Shown here piece by piece: positions 35,149 to 47,192 of a stretch of 64,000 nucleotides of DNA; within the stretch, counting starts at the first letter, position 1; each line of letters begins with the position of its first letter. Origin of the DNA: Macrostomum lignano. Lineage: Eukaryota. Location: positions 56,759 through 120,758 of the forward strand of contig NIVC01003084.1 in assembly GCA_002269645.1 (NCBI GenBank), given 5' to 3'. The translations under genes were made by a program, and so were the position numbers. A model generated the notes under the pieces. That model saw only the letters and a list, made by a program, of their open reading frames with translations, was not told where the DNA came from and ran no database searches.

Positions 35149-35700
35149 TATTCGAGGGGTGTCCGGAAAGTTCTGACACTTTTAACCCCAGAGGAAAACA
35201 GTAGCAGCTGCAAGCACATCTTTGGCGTCATTTTAAAGAGGCACATATTTTCTTTCCAATTCATTCAGTCGCGTGTATTTTGGTCATTTCATTTAAAAGT
35301 TATGTGTGAAAACCCATCGCAATGCCACTGATAGTCTCACAGTAAAAGGTGAAGTACATAACTTAGGCAACTTTTTATGGATCTTGTTTGCAGCACGCAA
35401 GTATACAAGTACACACAAAACGGCTCTGATTTCAGTGCATCCCTCACTTACCGTCCATCCCTTCTGAGTTGAGTATTTTATTCACTCCGTCACTTCTAAG
35501 CAAACCTCACTGCTTTGCACCTTGCGAAATTTTGCTTAATCAAGTGTTTTGATTTTTGTGATTATTGACACCATGATGAGTCTGCAATCGAAAGAAGAAG
35601 GCCAAAGGTACGGAATGCTCAAGCGATAGCAAAAGTGTGTTGCTACAGGTGGAGATTATGTTGAGAAAGCTGCCTTGAAGGTTTATGATGATGATAAGTG
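35149..35700 (+). mobile_element. Internally deleted mariner/Tc1 relic
   Basis: TIR-like start TCGAGGGGTGTCCGGAAAGT; C-terminal transposase remnant R*QKCVATGGDYVEK at about 35620-35670. Confidence 0.5.
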
Positions 35701-36779
35701 ACTAAAATTCGTTTTTTAGGACAAAACCTCGCTTTTTATATTTTTAAACTTTTACCGTAAGACTATCAGTGGCATTGCGATGGGTTTTCACACAACTTAT
35801 GATCTTCATGTGGGTTCATATGGGTTCGGCATGTTTTGCATCATCTAGCATATTTAACAGCAATAATACAATATAACTAACAATTCTCTGCATCCTAAAC
35901 CGCATTTTATACATGTTTCGAGTAAGAGCATTTAAAGAAATTCTTCAACTGCTCGTATCTAGAATTGTGGTTTCTTTCGGAATAAAAGTGTAAATATAGG
36001 AACACAGGTCATTAATTTGCAGTTAGTTCATCGGTTTCTACCGGTAGCTTGTTGCATCTATTGGACAATAGGTTTTAGTCGATCTTGTAATTTCGGTCCT
36101 GCCAATAACTGTAATCTTCATGGAGTTTACCGAGTACTTAGGTAAAAATTATCCGGGCTCAATGACTCGAGCAAGGCATGAAAAGATTTGAAATAATAGA
36201 AGTTTACTTTATTGAATGTTGAGCACACATTAATTCCAACTGAGTAAAGGAACCGTTTAGTCCATGCACGATCATGGACAGACTAGAAAACGATTGGACT
36301 AGAAGTCCCATGACACTGCTGACAGCATTCGTGCAGCCACAATAACACTTCTTCTAGTCTTTTGTTCTCGCTTTCAGCTATATCCTGTTTCTCTTTGTGC
36401 TTCTGTCATGCAGGCGCGACGCGCTGACATCAGCCCGGATACAGTCCACTGCAGATCCGATTGTTTTTATCCAATATTTTTTTTCAGATCAGATTCAAAA
36501 TAAAAGCAATGCAGTTGCTCGCTCTGAAAGAGAGCATGACTCTCTGTAGCAAGGGAAATGAAATTAAATCAGGCGCAGCGCAGAGGGACCCGGTACGGTT
36601 TGGCGGGGACTATTTTTAGTTGAGCACAGACAGAACAACATTACCGGTAGAGCGAACATCGGTTAAGACTCTCGCGAAATGAATGGCTCCAATCAAGTGC
36701 ATCGTAGTGTTAAAACGAATAAATATTTAATTAGCTAGGAGTACTATGCAGTGAGAAAATGCGAGCTGCATCAAGTGGA

Positions 36780-36975
36780 ATGCGAGCTGGAGTGGATTTA
36801 AGTGCTTTTATACCAACCAGTCTTTGGTTTGGTATTTGGTAGAAATTAAGGGTAGCAGGTATGAGACTGGAGGCTTACGGCGGATCTGCCATCAATACCA
36901 TCGGCAAAGTCAAGCTTCTGGTTGTATTTAACAACACCAGAGTGACTGCCATTTTCTACGTCGCCGACAATGAAT
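36780..36975 (+). mobile_element. Gypsy/Ty3 pol fragment (protease region), left of the nested LINE
   Basis: AGVDLSAFIP...LEAYGGSAINTIGKVKLLVVF...FYVAD in one frame with one stop. Confidence 0.55.
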
Positions 36976-38456
36976 CGGTGGGCCGGGTCCGGTCCCCGCA
37001 CCGGGGAAGGCAGTCTTGAGGAATGACCAGACCTCTTTGGGCTGGATCCAGAGCGCCAAGGGGGTCAGATCGGTCGGCATGGCAAAGACAATGGAAAATA
37101 TGCGTGACGGTTTCGTCGTCCCGGCCGCATTTGCGGCAAAGCAGTGAGGCCGACGTGTCAATTTTAGATTGATAGGTGGCGAGCAGCTTACAGTGACCGG
37201 AGCGCAGCTGGGCTAGAGTGATGCGCTGGCGACGGTTGCGAAGGCTCTCGGTGGTGCAGATGTTCGGCGCGCGCGAGCCAAGGACAGGGTTTGGCGGCTG
37301 CTTGTTGAAGTGCTCGCTGACAAGCGCAGTATGTATGGATTGCCGAGTATGCGAGGCGGAGGGAGGCGAAATCCGTGATGGGAGTCGAGTAGGATGGTAG
37401 CCGATGCGAGCGAAAATGGCGTTCAGAACGAAACAAGATTGCAGCGAATGGAGCGACGTGGCGAGGGGTCTTGGAAGAGCTGGTGATAAGGATGCCAGGA
37501 GGCCGAGCAGAAAGCCCAACGACTCAAGGCGCTCAGAGTGCGCTTTAACAGGGAGCACGGCGCATTCAGAGTGAAAGTGCTCGACCTGAGTGCAGTTGTG
37601 ACACTCGGTGATGATTCGCAGAGCCACGTTCTGACAGCGCTGGAGCAGGTTCCAGCTGGTCTTGCTGAGGAGGGGCGACTAGACAGGGGCGCAGTAGTTA
37701 AGTTGTGACCTGCAGATGGCTTCGAAGGACACGCTGAGAGTCTCTTTATCTTGGCCCCAGTGCGTGCCACAAAGAGCGCGTAGGATGGGTGGAATAGGAG
37801 CGGACTTTGTTGCTGGTCAGTTTGGCATGAAAGCAAAGAAGGGGGTCGAACGTGACGCCCAGGATCTTCGGGTTAGTGCAGTAGGACAATGGCGAGCCGC
37901 ACAGAAAGATCGGAGGAGACAAGTGAAATTCGTGGGTTGTGCTGGTAAAGATGGTAGCAGGTGAGTTGCCCGGCGAGAGCGGAAGGCTTTTAATTTCGAG
38001 ATAGCGGCAGAGCTGATCGAGGTACGGTTGAATGAGCTCAGAGAGTTTAATGACATACGGGCCGCGAGCGCAGATAGAAATGTCGTCGGCATACTGCGTA
38101 ATGTGCAGGTTTGGTGGCGGACGCGGAAGGTCAGACATATAGAAAGCGGAAAGGAGAGGAGATAAAACTCCGCCTTGTGGGACTCCGACGTGCAGCGGGC
38201 GGGATTTAGAAAGAATCCCGCCCGCTGATCGGGGAGCGACTGTTAAGATAAGCGTGAAGCCAGCGGACCAAAGCGTGCGGCAGAGAGGACTGAAGCAGCA
38301 TCTCGCAGAGCTTGGTATGTTCGACTTTGTCAAAAGCGTTTTGGAGGTCGAGAGCGACAAGGAGACTACGGAGAGCTGGCTTCTGGGCGTTTAGGCCCTC
38401 ACTGGTGAAGGTGGTCAAGCCGAGCAGAGCCGTGGTGGTGGAATGACGGTCGCGGT
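36976..38456 (-). mobile_element. 5'-truncated, frameshifted non-LTR retrotransposon (RT plus C-terminal CCHC), probably I/Jockey group
   Basis: HSTTTALL, LLVALDLQNAFDKV, GVPQGGVLSPLL, YADDISI, KILGVTFDPLL and QLRSGHC...CRKCGRDDETVTHIFHC spread over several frames. Confidence 0.9.
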
Positions 38457-39155
38457 CTGGGTCGGTCCAAGAGCTTTATTCATCGGACCAAAGTCGACGC
38501 CTTGTTGAAGCCGGTATCACAGCCAATGCGGAAGTTTTCGATCAGCCGGAAGATCAGCCGAAAGGACATCAGTAATCAGTCAAATAGAGCGACCAGGCAT
38601 CATGGAGAAGGTCAATGCCTTGAGTGGGTCAGAAAAGTGGTTGTGACATGCAACAAGTCCAATAAAGTTCGTCTCTGCGTAGACCTGTGACAAGTTAACA
38701 AAGCGCAGACCGCTACCCTGTGCCGTCAATCGAGGACCTGTCAGCGAGCATTACCGGGTCGAAGTGCTTCAGCAAGCTGGACATCCAACAAGGTTACCAG
38801 CAGATACTACTGCATCCTAACTCTCGAGGACTGAATTGCTTCATCCTCGATGCCGGCCTGTACGAGCTCATCGTGGTGCCATATTTGAGTCCAGCTCCGG
38901 AGCTGCCTTCCAGAGGGCCCTTCGGACAGTGCTTCAAGGAGCTCCAGGCGCCATCAAAATCGTTGAAAAAATCCTGGTACACAGCACGAACGAGACTGAG
39001 AATGAAAAGAACCTCCGAGAAGTCCTGGACACCAAATTCACCGCGAAGGCTTCACGCTCAACCTCGAGAAGTGCAAATTCAGGCAGCCAAGCGTCGAGTT
39101 CTTTGGGTTGGTGATCTTTTCAGATGGAGCCAGAGTGACCCAGTCCAACGTTGAG
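38457..39155 (+). mobile_element. Gypsy/Ty3 reverse transcriptase fragment, degenerate
   Basis: KPVSQPMRK, KVRLCVDL, PSIEDL...SKCFSKLDIQQGYQQILL, ALRTVLQG and GFTLNLEKCKF...VEFFG, with frameshifts and stops. Confidence 0.85.
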
Positions 39156-39284
39156 GGGATAGATCAATTAGATGAAATTAGATGAGATAAAATAGGTGAG
39201 ATTAGATGAGTTGACGAGATAGATAAATAGCTCATAGGAATGATGAATGAGTTTGATTAAATGAATCAACTAAATCAGATAGGT

Positions 39285-39370
39285 CAGGTAGATCAGATAG
39301 GTCAGGTAGATCAGATAGGTCAGGTAGATCAGATAGGTCAGGTAGATCAGATAGGTCAGGTAGATCAGAT
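39285..39370. repeat. 18-bp tandem repeat AGATAGGTCAGGTAGATC
   Basis: About 4-5 copies. Confidence 0.85.
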
Positions 39371-39865
39371 AGATTTTCAGTTTTTTCGAAAATAAAACAG
39401 ATTCGTCTTTTAAAGCCTAAAAGCAAAAAAACGTAGCTAAAAAAAAGAAGAAATTTACATAATCGAAAGGGATTCTTTCAAAAAAAATCGGGAAGCAAAA
39501 TATTCACTGGCACACACACGCATCGGCTGCAGAGGTTCTCTTGCTCATCTTAAAACTGACGCGCCATCCAGCTATCTTTAGCCGCCATCTGGCCATGGCG
39601 AAACTGCCCACACTTGTCAGTCTATTCGTGCTCGCACATTTCTCTTTCCCGATTCTCTTTTATTCAATTTATTTATTCATCCTTTAAACGCCTGATATTT
39701 CCCAAGCAAAAGCCCGGCTCGCGAATTCTCTTTAGTGGCCGACTGCCGTCCGCCAATCAAGGAAGCCCTCCTGACTCGCCTCCTTCCTTTTTACTGATAG
39801 AAAGCGGAGTCCTCTTCGTCTCGAAGCCCCCTGATGCCTGAGCAGCACACCAGCAAGCGACAAAG

Positions 39866-41052
39866 ATGGAGGAGTCACTCGGTAGACTTGCCAGTTCGAG
39901 TAGCGCGATGGTGGCCTGGTACCTGCTGGCAGCCACCACTGTAGCCATCCTGCTGCTGTGCCTCGCCGGCCTGCGCAGCTGCCTACTGCGCCGCTACCGG
40001 CTGGGCAGCCTCCTCATCGTGCGCTGGATATGTCTCGCCGACATCTGCTTTGTCCTACACCGAGTTGTGTTTCTTCTGCTCACCGCCTTGCTGTCAACCG
40101 GACCGCCCGGCAGTAAGCTGATCATCACTTGGACATGTAAGCTCTACACTGCTCTGGAGTCGCTGCTAACGCTTGTGCAGACCTGGCTACTGGTCCTGCT
40201 GGCCATGGAACGGGCCGCTATGAAGCTGCGTCCCGATACCGGCCTTCGCTACTTCAACCGACTCCGCCTCCGCGTCGGGATTGCCATTGCCGGCATTCTT
40301 GCGTTCTCGCTGCACATCAACTACATCTATGTGTTCACGCCTGTTACGAGTGCCATTTTCAACGAACGGGCGCCAGGAGCAGCCGAGCTCAACTTTACAA
40401 TGCCGTCGATGAGCCCAGCTGTGAAAGTTGACTTTGAGCCGCACCCTCAGATGGGTACAATGATTCTGTCGAATACCAGGAAGGGTGCGCCATCGACTTT
40501 GGCTTCGAGACATTCTACAACTACGTGGAGATGGCCAACATCCTGCTTGGAGTCTACCTGCCCGTGCTCATCGTCAACACCTGCGTGGTGCTCCTGTGCT
40601 CGCATTACGCAGCTCGCGGCTTCACCCGGCTATCGAATCAGCAGGCTGCCCGGCTGTTGCCGCCCGGCTCAGCTGGCAATCAGCGCGCCCTCGCCAGCCT
40701 AGCCCGATTCAACAACACTATCGACGCGCTGTTCCTGGCGCTGAGCCTGTTCTCCTACGTGCCAATGGAGTCTATCGGAATCTACAAAGCCTTCCTCGTG
40801 CACACGTCTAAAGCGTCTCACCAGTTCCTGTACGAGCTGGTCTGCAGCATGTTCATGCCGGCCAAGAACCTGCTCGACGCGCTGCTGATCGGACCGACGC
40901 TGATCTACCTGCTGAGCGCGGCACGACTTGGCTATCCCAAGCCGCCGCGTAGGCCAAAGCAGAGTGACTGCAACAACCGTGTCACCGCGAATGCCGAGAG
41001 CGCCGTCGACATCGAGCTGGACGACCTCAACCCAGGCGGTAACATCGTCTGA
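39866..41052 (+). CDS. Rhodopsin-like (class A) 7TM G-protein-coupled receptor, orphan; frame break near 40350-40450
   Basis: Seven hydrophobic helices with class A-like marks: TM2 CLADI, Cys at the top of TM3 (TCKL), AMER at the DRY position, TM5 YLP, TM6 SYVP and TM7 GPTLIY. TM1-4 lie in ORF 39866 and TM5-7 in ORF 40525. Confidence 0.75.
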
Positions 41053-42099
41053 GAACTAAAGAACAAAGAGCAACTGAAAAGGCCGACGAGTTACATCAAC
41101 AATTTACCTATATGTATACGTTCAGTTTCCTGTTTTTCATAAACTGTTGACTGTTTTCAGACTACTGTGTCATTCCCTCTTAGCAAGAATTTGTGTCTTG
41201 TTGTGTCTTGCTAATGGCTGGAAGACTTGTTGTCGATTTGTTGTCGAGAAAAATTTTGTTTTTCAGCACTTAACTGGCTATTTTCCCGAATCGCGAGAAG
41301 GTTAGTGTTTTCTCTGAGGTTGTTTCAAATCGGTCTTCAATGAATTTTTTTGAGATTTGCAAGTTGTAGCGTCTGACTTTGATTACAATGTTTTGATCTT
41401 TCCATTTTAGTTTCACTCGAAGTTTATCTTTCTGACTGTTGTGTTTAGTGTTGTGTCGGTAGTTGTGCTTTGCTTACTTTGCCCAGTTAGTCTCGACTAG
41501 CCGCTCTGTCTGTGACAGCAGCGCAGCAGCTGTTGCCACACACTGCAAATAGCTCGTACTTGCTCTGGTTTGAGACGCACTGACAGACGTGAGCAACGCT
41601 GAAGCAGCAATGCAGACCTCACATTCGGCTGCCGGATTGCCGCCGTTCAACTCTGATAAGGAAGGGAGCTCAACAATTACCCTCGTAGCTAGTTGAGTCT
41701 GATAGGTCTGACAGCAGGCCAGGAAATGCGACCGTCATGAATTCTGCTGGAATTGATAGATTTGGGCTCCGGCCGCACCCGACCTTTATAAAACGTCGTG
41801 TTTTCCCAAGTCATCCGGCCCGTTCTTTTGCAGACGATGATTGCAAAACACCTGCGTAATGCTAAAGCTTCATCATATTAGATTGGCCGTGCTTTGATTG
41901 CCACTCTGTTTACAGTATTTGCAGTAAATTTTTCTGCGCAGAAATATACCAATTACGAGTAGTTAGAAAGCACGTGTTTGTTAGAAAAAAACAAAATCTC
42001 GGCGAACTGTTCTCTTTTCGTAAATTTGGACACAATCAAAATTGATTAGCTGCAGAATTGCTTCTTTCAACAACAACAACAACAAAAACAGAATACGCA

Positions 42100-42610
42100 G
42101 TTAGCGTCACAGGACGCGCTTCAAGGCCAGGTCGCGTTCACGCCACCGGCTGGATCCGGGGCGCCGGCGTCAAAAAGCAGGCAGTCGACGAAACGCCGAG
42201 TGCGCGCCTGCCCCGCCGGTAGGGTGCCTGCAGCGTTAGCAGCAGCACCTCCTGCACCGGCTCTGGGCAGTACGACTCGGCGCGGATAATGTGGCCTGCC
42301 AGCTGGAGTCGCCGACGGCGCAACAGGTCGCTTGGACGGACCAGGCCGGCGCGGTGATCCAAAGCCGCGTTGGTCACTCGCTCGTAGCCGATCTTGAAGG
42401 CGCCGCGTCAACTTGTTGCTCGAGCGACTCCGTCAGCGTCCAGGTCTCGGCGTTGTACAGCTGGACGGTCTCGATCAACGCCTGGAACAACGCCGCCCTC
42501 TCGCAGTCAGGTAAGGCCTCGAACTGCAGGACTGCCCTCACAGAACGATAGGCAGCCCAAGCAAGCCCGCGGCGACGCCGCAAATCCTCGCGTTCTTTCT
42601 TCTTTCGCAT
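42100..42610 (-). mobile_element. RTE-like non-LTR retrotransposon 3' fragment
   Basis: GLAWAAYRSVRAVL...LYNAETWTLT and RRRRLQLAGHIIRAESYCPEPVQEVLL are typical post-RT motifs. Confidence 0.75.
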
Positions 42611-42937
42611 TCAGGCATCGGCGCTACCGCAGGAACAGAACGTCAGCTGGCTGGATCAGCCGGCTGAGGCAGCCAGTTCAAACAAGCTGTCACTCGAGTG
42701 CAGTCATGGATTCAATATATGGCTGCAATATCAATTATGCATTAGTGGTAACGCGTCATTAACATTTGGACAGGCTTAAGTCCTCGCTGGAACCGCTTCT
42801 GTACGCTATGTGATGCACTACTTTTCGTTGATTCTGGACGAAACGAATGCAAGGCACATTCATGGGACAACTGTGAACTGAGCAAAAATTTTACGAATAT
42901 CCATCAGCAGTCCTGCTCATGCCCGTACCGTGTAAAC

Positions 42938-43234
42938 CAGGGGTCGGCAAACTCCGGCCTCTCCATCCGGCCCTCGGGGTCCTTTGAAACTTGACAATGG
43001 CAGTCCGGCCCGCTCAAGGCTTGTGTCTCTTCTCAGTTCTCTCTCTCCTCTCTCCTCTCCTCTCCTCTCATCTCTCTCCTCTCTTCTATTCTCTTCTCTC
43101 ATCGCGTCTCTCATTTCACTCATTTTTTTCTCTCTCCTATATTCCCTCTTTCTCTCTCATTTGGAACGCAGCAATGTTCTACGAGCGTAGATTCTTGATC
43201 TGGCCCTTAAGGTAGAAAAGCTTTTCTACCCCTG
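42938..43234. mobile_element. hAT-type MITE (297 bp)
   Basis: TIRs CAGGGGTCGGCAAAC and TTTCTACCCCTG; 8-bp TSD GTGTAAAC/GTGTAAAG (7 of 8 match). Confidence 0.8.
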
Positions 43235-43849
43235 GTGTAAAGGATTTCTGAAGAGTTCTTTAGCGATAGGAAATTTCAAAGTCTCTCAAGAGTCTCCCTA
43301 AAGTCTCACTAAAGCCGCTTATCAATTTCCTAAGTTATGGTAAAGTCGCAAGCTCAACAAGCTCTTAGTAAGCTGTTGAGTCAAGTAAATCCGGGTTGTC
43401 CTTTTAATCCGCACTCCTATCGCTGTGGTTTAGTCTGATAATTAAAAATGCGATCTTTCTATCGAAAGCCTGAAAGAAGTTAATGCCACAATGTACACTC
43501 ACTGTACCGTTAAGGTTGGTAAGCCGGAACCGAACCAGGGGTTAAACGCGCGTTCACCTCTAGGTTTTTCTGCCACTCTATAAATTGATTGTACACGCAG
43601 TTCGATAAAAACTATACATCTCATCGCTCAGGGTAACTATAGCAGCAGAAATTGGGGAGTTCTACAGATGCAACTAGCGGTATCTTTTGGGGAGGTTGCA
43701 TAAGCGTGCACAAGCGTGCAGGCTCCGAGTTGTATCTAAGCGCGCAACAAGAAACAAAAGAGAACTCACACGAAAGTGCGCTGTTAGTGATTTGCACAAG
43801 GGCGCAGGCAATCGATAGCATTTCCAAGCGTTGTACATCATCACAAACC

Positions 43850-44335
43850 CTCCCTGATAGCGATAGCAGCCAGTGGCGGCTCATCAAAGAACCCTGATAG
43901 CCGACAGTGGCGGCTCATCAAAGAACCCTGATAGTCGACAGTGGCGGCTCAATCAAAGAACCCTGATAGCAGCCAGCGGTGGCTCATAAAAGTACCATGA
44001 TAGCAGCCAGTGGCGACTCATCAAAGAACCCTGATAGCCGACAGTGGCGGCTCATCAAAGAACCCTGATAGTCGACAGTGGCGGCTCAATCAAAGAACCC
44101 TGATAGCAGCCAGCGGTGGCTCATAAAAGTACCATGATAGCAGCCAGTGGCGACTCATCAAAGAACCCTGATAGCAACAAGAGGTGGCTCATCAAAGAAC
44201 TCTGATAGCAGCCAGTGGCGGCTCATCAAAGAACCCTGATAGCAGCCAGTGGCGGCTCATCAAAGAACTCTGATAGCAGCCAGCGGTGGCTCATCAAAGA
44301 ACCCTGATAGCAGCCAGTGGCGGCTCATCAAAGAA
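43850..44335. repeat. 34-bp minisatellite ATCAAAGAACCCTGATAGCAGCCAGTGGCGGCTC
   Basis: Direct periodicity. Confidence 0.92.
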
Positions 44336-45269
44336 TCTTAAATTTATTGTCAGCCAGCTGAAACAGATTTACAATCTGCTGATTAGGAATGAAGCAACAG
44401 CTGGCTTGACACAGACGCCGCTGTTAAGGGGCATTATTAAGGTCTTCAATTGTACAGCATGAAGTACTCGTAGACTTACTCGCAAGCCTACTTCAAGCGT
44501 AGAGATCGTCGCTTCTAGCAGCTTCCTGTGACACCTCACTGCCATGCTCGTATATTTCTAAACTGTATAGCATTAGGAGTTGTACGGACTTAATTAAGGT
44601 TGGGGCAGATGCGGCCTTAAAGATTGCAATAGCAGGCGGCACCGCGGGCGGCAATTTGTGCTGCTGCTGACCGGCTGTGCCCCGCTGTTTTGATGAAGCT
44701 AGATCTTAGAGCTCTTCAACAACGTTGCTACGGCAATTGCTGATGCGAAATGTCGACATTTTTTATTGCTTACATTATTAGCAACCCTGTTTAATCTCTG
44801 TAGAATTCGTATCATTGTCATTTCTCTTTTCCAACGGCAGTTTGCATCGATATGAACTTCTGATTTATGGATATGAACTCTCATCCGCTTAAACTTTGGG
44901 TGGCCAGCAAAACAATTTTTATGTGCCAAACTACTCTGTTATTTTTGTTGAGCCATGCGGAATCCGAGTCATTCCTATTCTGTGGGATTCAGCCAGCAGA
45001 CTGTTTACCTGGGAGCCGCAACACAAAACAAAAAACAGATAGACATTCAAGACCTGCTTTGCCATTCATTGCCCAGTACCGCAGTTGCACTCTTGCAGTG
45101 CTGAGTAGCTTGGATTTATTGGGAATTTAATGCACTCTCTTCTGCTTCCTCAAAGTAACCAATGCTCGAATTACTAAAATGCAAACTGAGGTACTAAAAT
45201 GCATTCTAAGCCAGGTTAGAGCAACCAATCAATTAGTCACGTGCTGTGAGCGATTAAGTGAACTGATCA

Positions 45270-45697
45270 GTTCCTGATTTCATGAGTGACTGCATGAGCT
45301 GATGAGCAAGCTTGAGTTTGAGTTCATGTGTTAATGAGTGAGCTCGTGAGTGGGCTCATGAGCGGGTTCATAGGTGATTTTATGAGTGAGTTCATGAGTT
45401 TATGAGCGATGTTTTAGTTCATGATTAAGTTTATGAGCAAGTTCATGAGTGGTTTATGAGTGGGTTCATGGGTGAGTGAGTTAATTTGTGAGTTGATGAG
45501 TGCGTTCATGAGCTTCTGTAGTGAGCTTATGAGTGAGTTCACAAGTTAATGAGTTTATGAATGATTTTTAGTTCATAAGAGGATTAATAATTTGGTTCAT
45601 GAATGGGGTTGGATATGAATGTGTTCGTGAGAGAGGTCGAGAGTGATTTCATGAATTTATGAGTGATTTTTTTATTTCATGAGTGAGTTCATGAGGG
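45270..45697. repeat. Degenerate ATGAGTGAGTTC-like low-complexity tract, continuing at 51027-51135 beyond the LINE
   Basis: Recurring TCATGAG and GAGTGAG motifs. Confidence 0.7.
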
Positions 45698-46157
45698 GCA
45701 CGCGAAGGCGTATTCAGCATGCCAGTGAAGTATGAGAAAGACTAGGCCCATGGGCTAAGGTCTGCGATGCTTCACGCCTGCCCCTATCTTCAGCAGGTCA
45801 AGGCTGGTGGGAGGTCTGCACCCTCTATTTGCCTCTGGCAGCCGCAGACCCCCCCCACGCTGTCTCGCAAGTCGACCCAGGGTACTCATCCCCGCGTGTG
45901 TTCAAGGCAGTCCCTAGGGCTGCTGGACAGACTGGGCTCCGGCGCTGGCGACCCTATCCAGTGGCTTCGGCCGAATTTGGGTATGCGGGTCTGGCTCGCC
46001 AACCTGCAGGCCGTGGTACTGCTCAACGTACTCTCTAATGCCTAAGGTGTTGACCGTGCCGATAAGCTGGAAGGCCGGGGAGTAGTCCGGTCGCAAGCGG
46101 TCCCCCTCCTGGTGTCGGGCCAGCCTTGAGGGTGCTATTGGCCTACTGCCCGGTCAG

Positions 46158-47169
46158 GTGGAGCGGCCGGGTGGGTACCGCGCCCCTTTGAGGGTAGCCC
46201 ACCAACCTTTTATCATGGCCTTCGAGCCGATTATGGATAACAAAGCTTTTTCTAGGGACGGGGACCCTTCTAAACCCCAACCTCAGTCCGAAGGACCGGC
46301 CGGCCCTGCTGGCAGATCCCAACCGACTGATTCAACTGTGGCAAAGGAAGGACCGGCTGGCTCTGCTGGCAGATCCGACCAGAGCTACCAAACTCATAAT
46401 ACCCAAAGACCTGCCAGCTCCGCTGGTGGATCTAAGGGAACCGCGAGCTCTGAGCCTAAAGGACCGGCCAAATCTGGCAGATCCGATGAAGCTCAGCGGG
46501 CTCGGCTTGAGCGCAAACGCGCTAAACAACGCGCCAAAAGGCAGGCCAAGAAGGGAGCTGCGGGGGCCAAAGCGGCGGCGTCCACCATGGATGCTGAAGC
46601 GACTGGCGTCCCAAGGCAACCAGACGGGCCGGCCGGTGGAAGCTCCGGTAGTTCAGCGGCGGCGCTCCCTGGAGATGCTGCTGCGGCTGCTGAGGCCGAA
46701 ACCACGGCGCAACAAATGGCCACTGCCAACAAGGAGGTTCCTTCGGGAGCTACCTTTGCGGCGAAGGCCAAGGCCAAAATCCCGGGAGTGATCATCCAAG
46801 GTCGCGACCAGGACTGGACCACTGATCAGCTTCAAAAAGTGTGGAGTGCTGTTGACTCCTATCTGATCCTATCTGGCTCCGGCCAAGCCCCGGGAACCAA
46901 ACCTGCCAGTCGGAGAAGGAGTTGAGGACGAGGCCGGGTCTTCGGAATCCGAGCTCTCCTCGGCCACCCTGGTGGGGTCTGAAGGTAAAGATGCAGGTGA
47001 GGAAGCTTCCTCCATCCTGTCATCGGAGCCTGAGGACTCTGCTGGGGGGGGGGCGGTGGGGGTGAGGAGGCCATGGACGTCGACCAACTCCCATCTCCCA
47101 GTCAAGCCCCAGCGGCCTGGGACGAGGACGATCTGTTGTCCAAGTCTCCTTGATGGCCCTGGGCTCTAG
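46158..47169 (+). pseudogene. LINE ORF1 (gag-like), apparently broken or deleted near 46870; acidic C-terminal part in another frame
   Basis: Low-complexity, basic ORF 46158-46925 directly upstream of ORF2; the frame changes after AVDSYLIL. Confidence 0.55.
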
Positions 47170-47192
47170 CCAGAAATTGCATTTAATACAGT

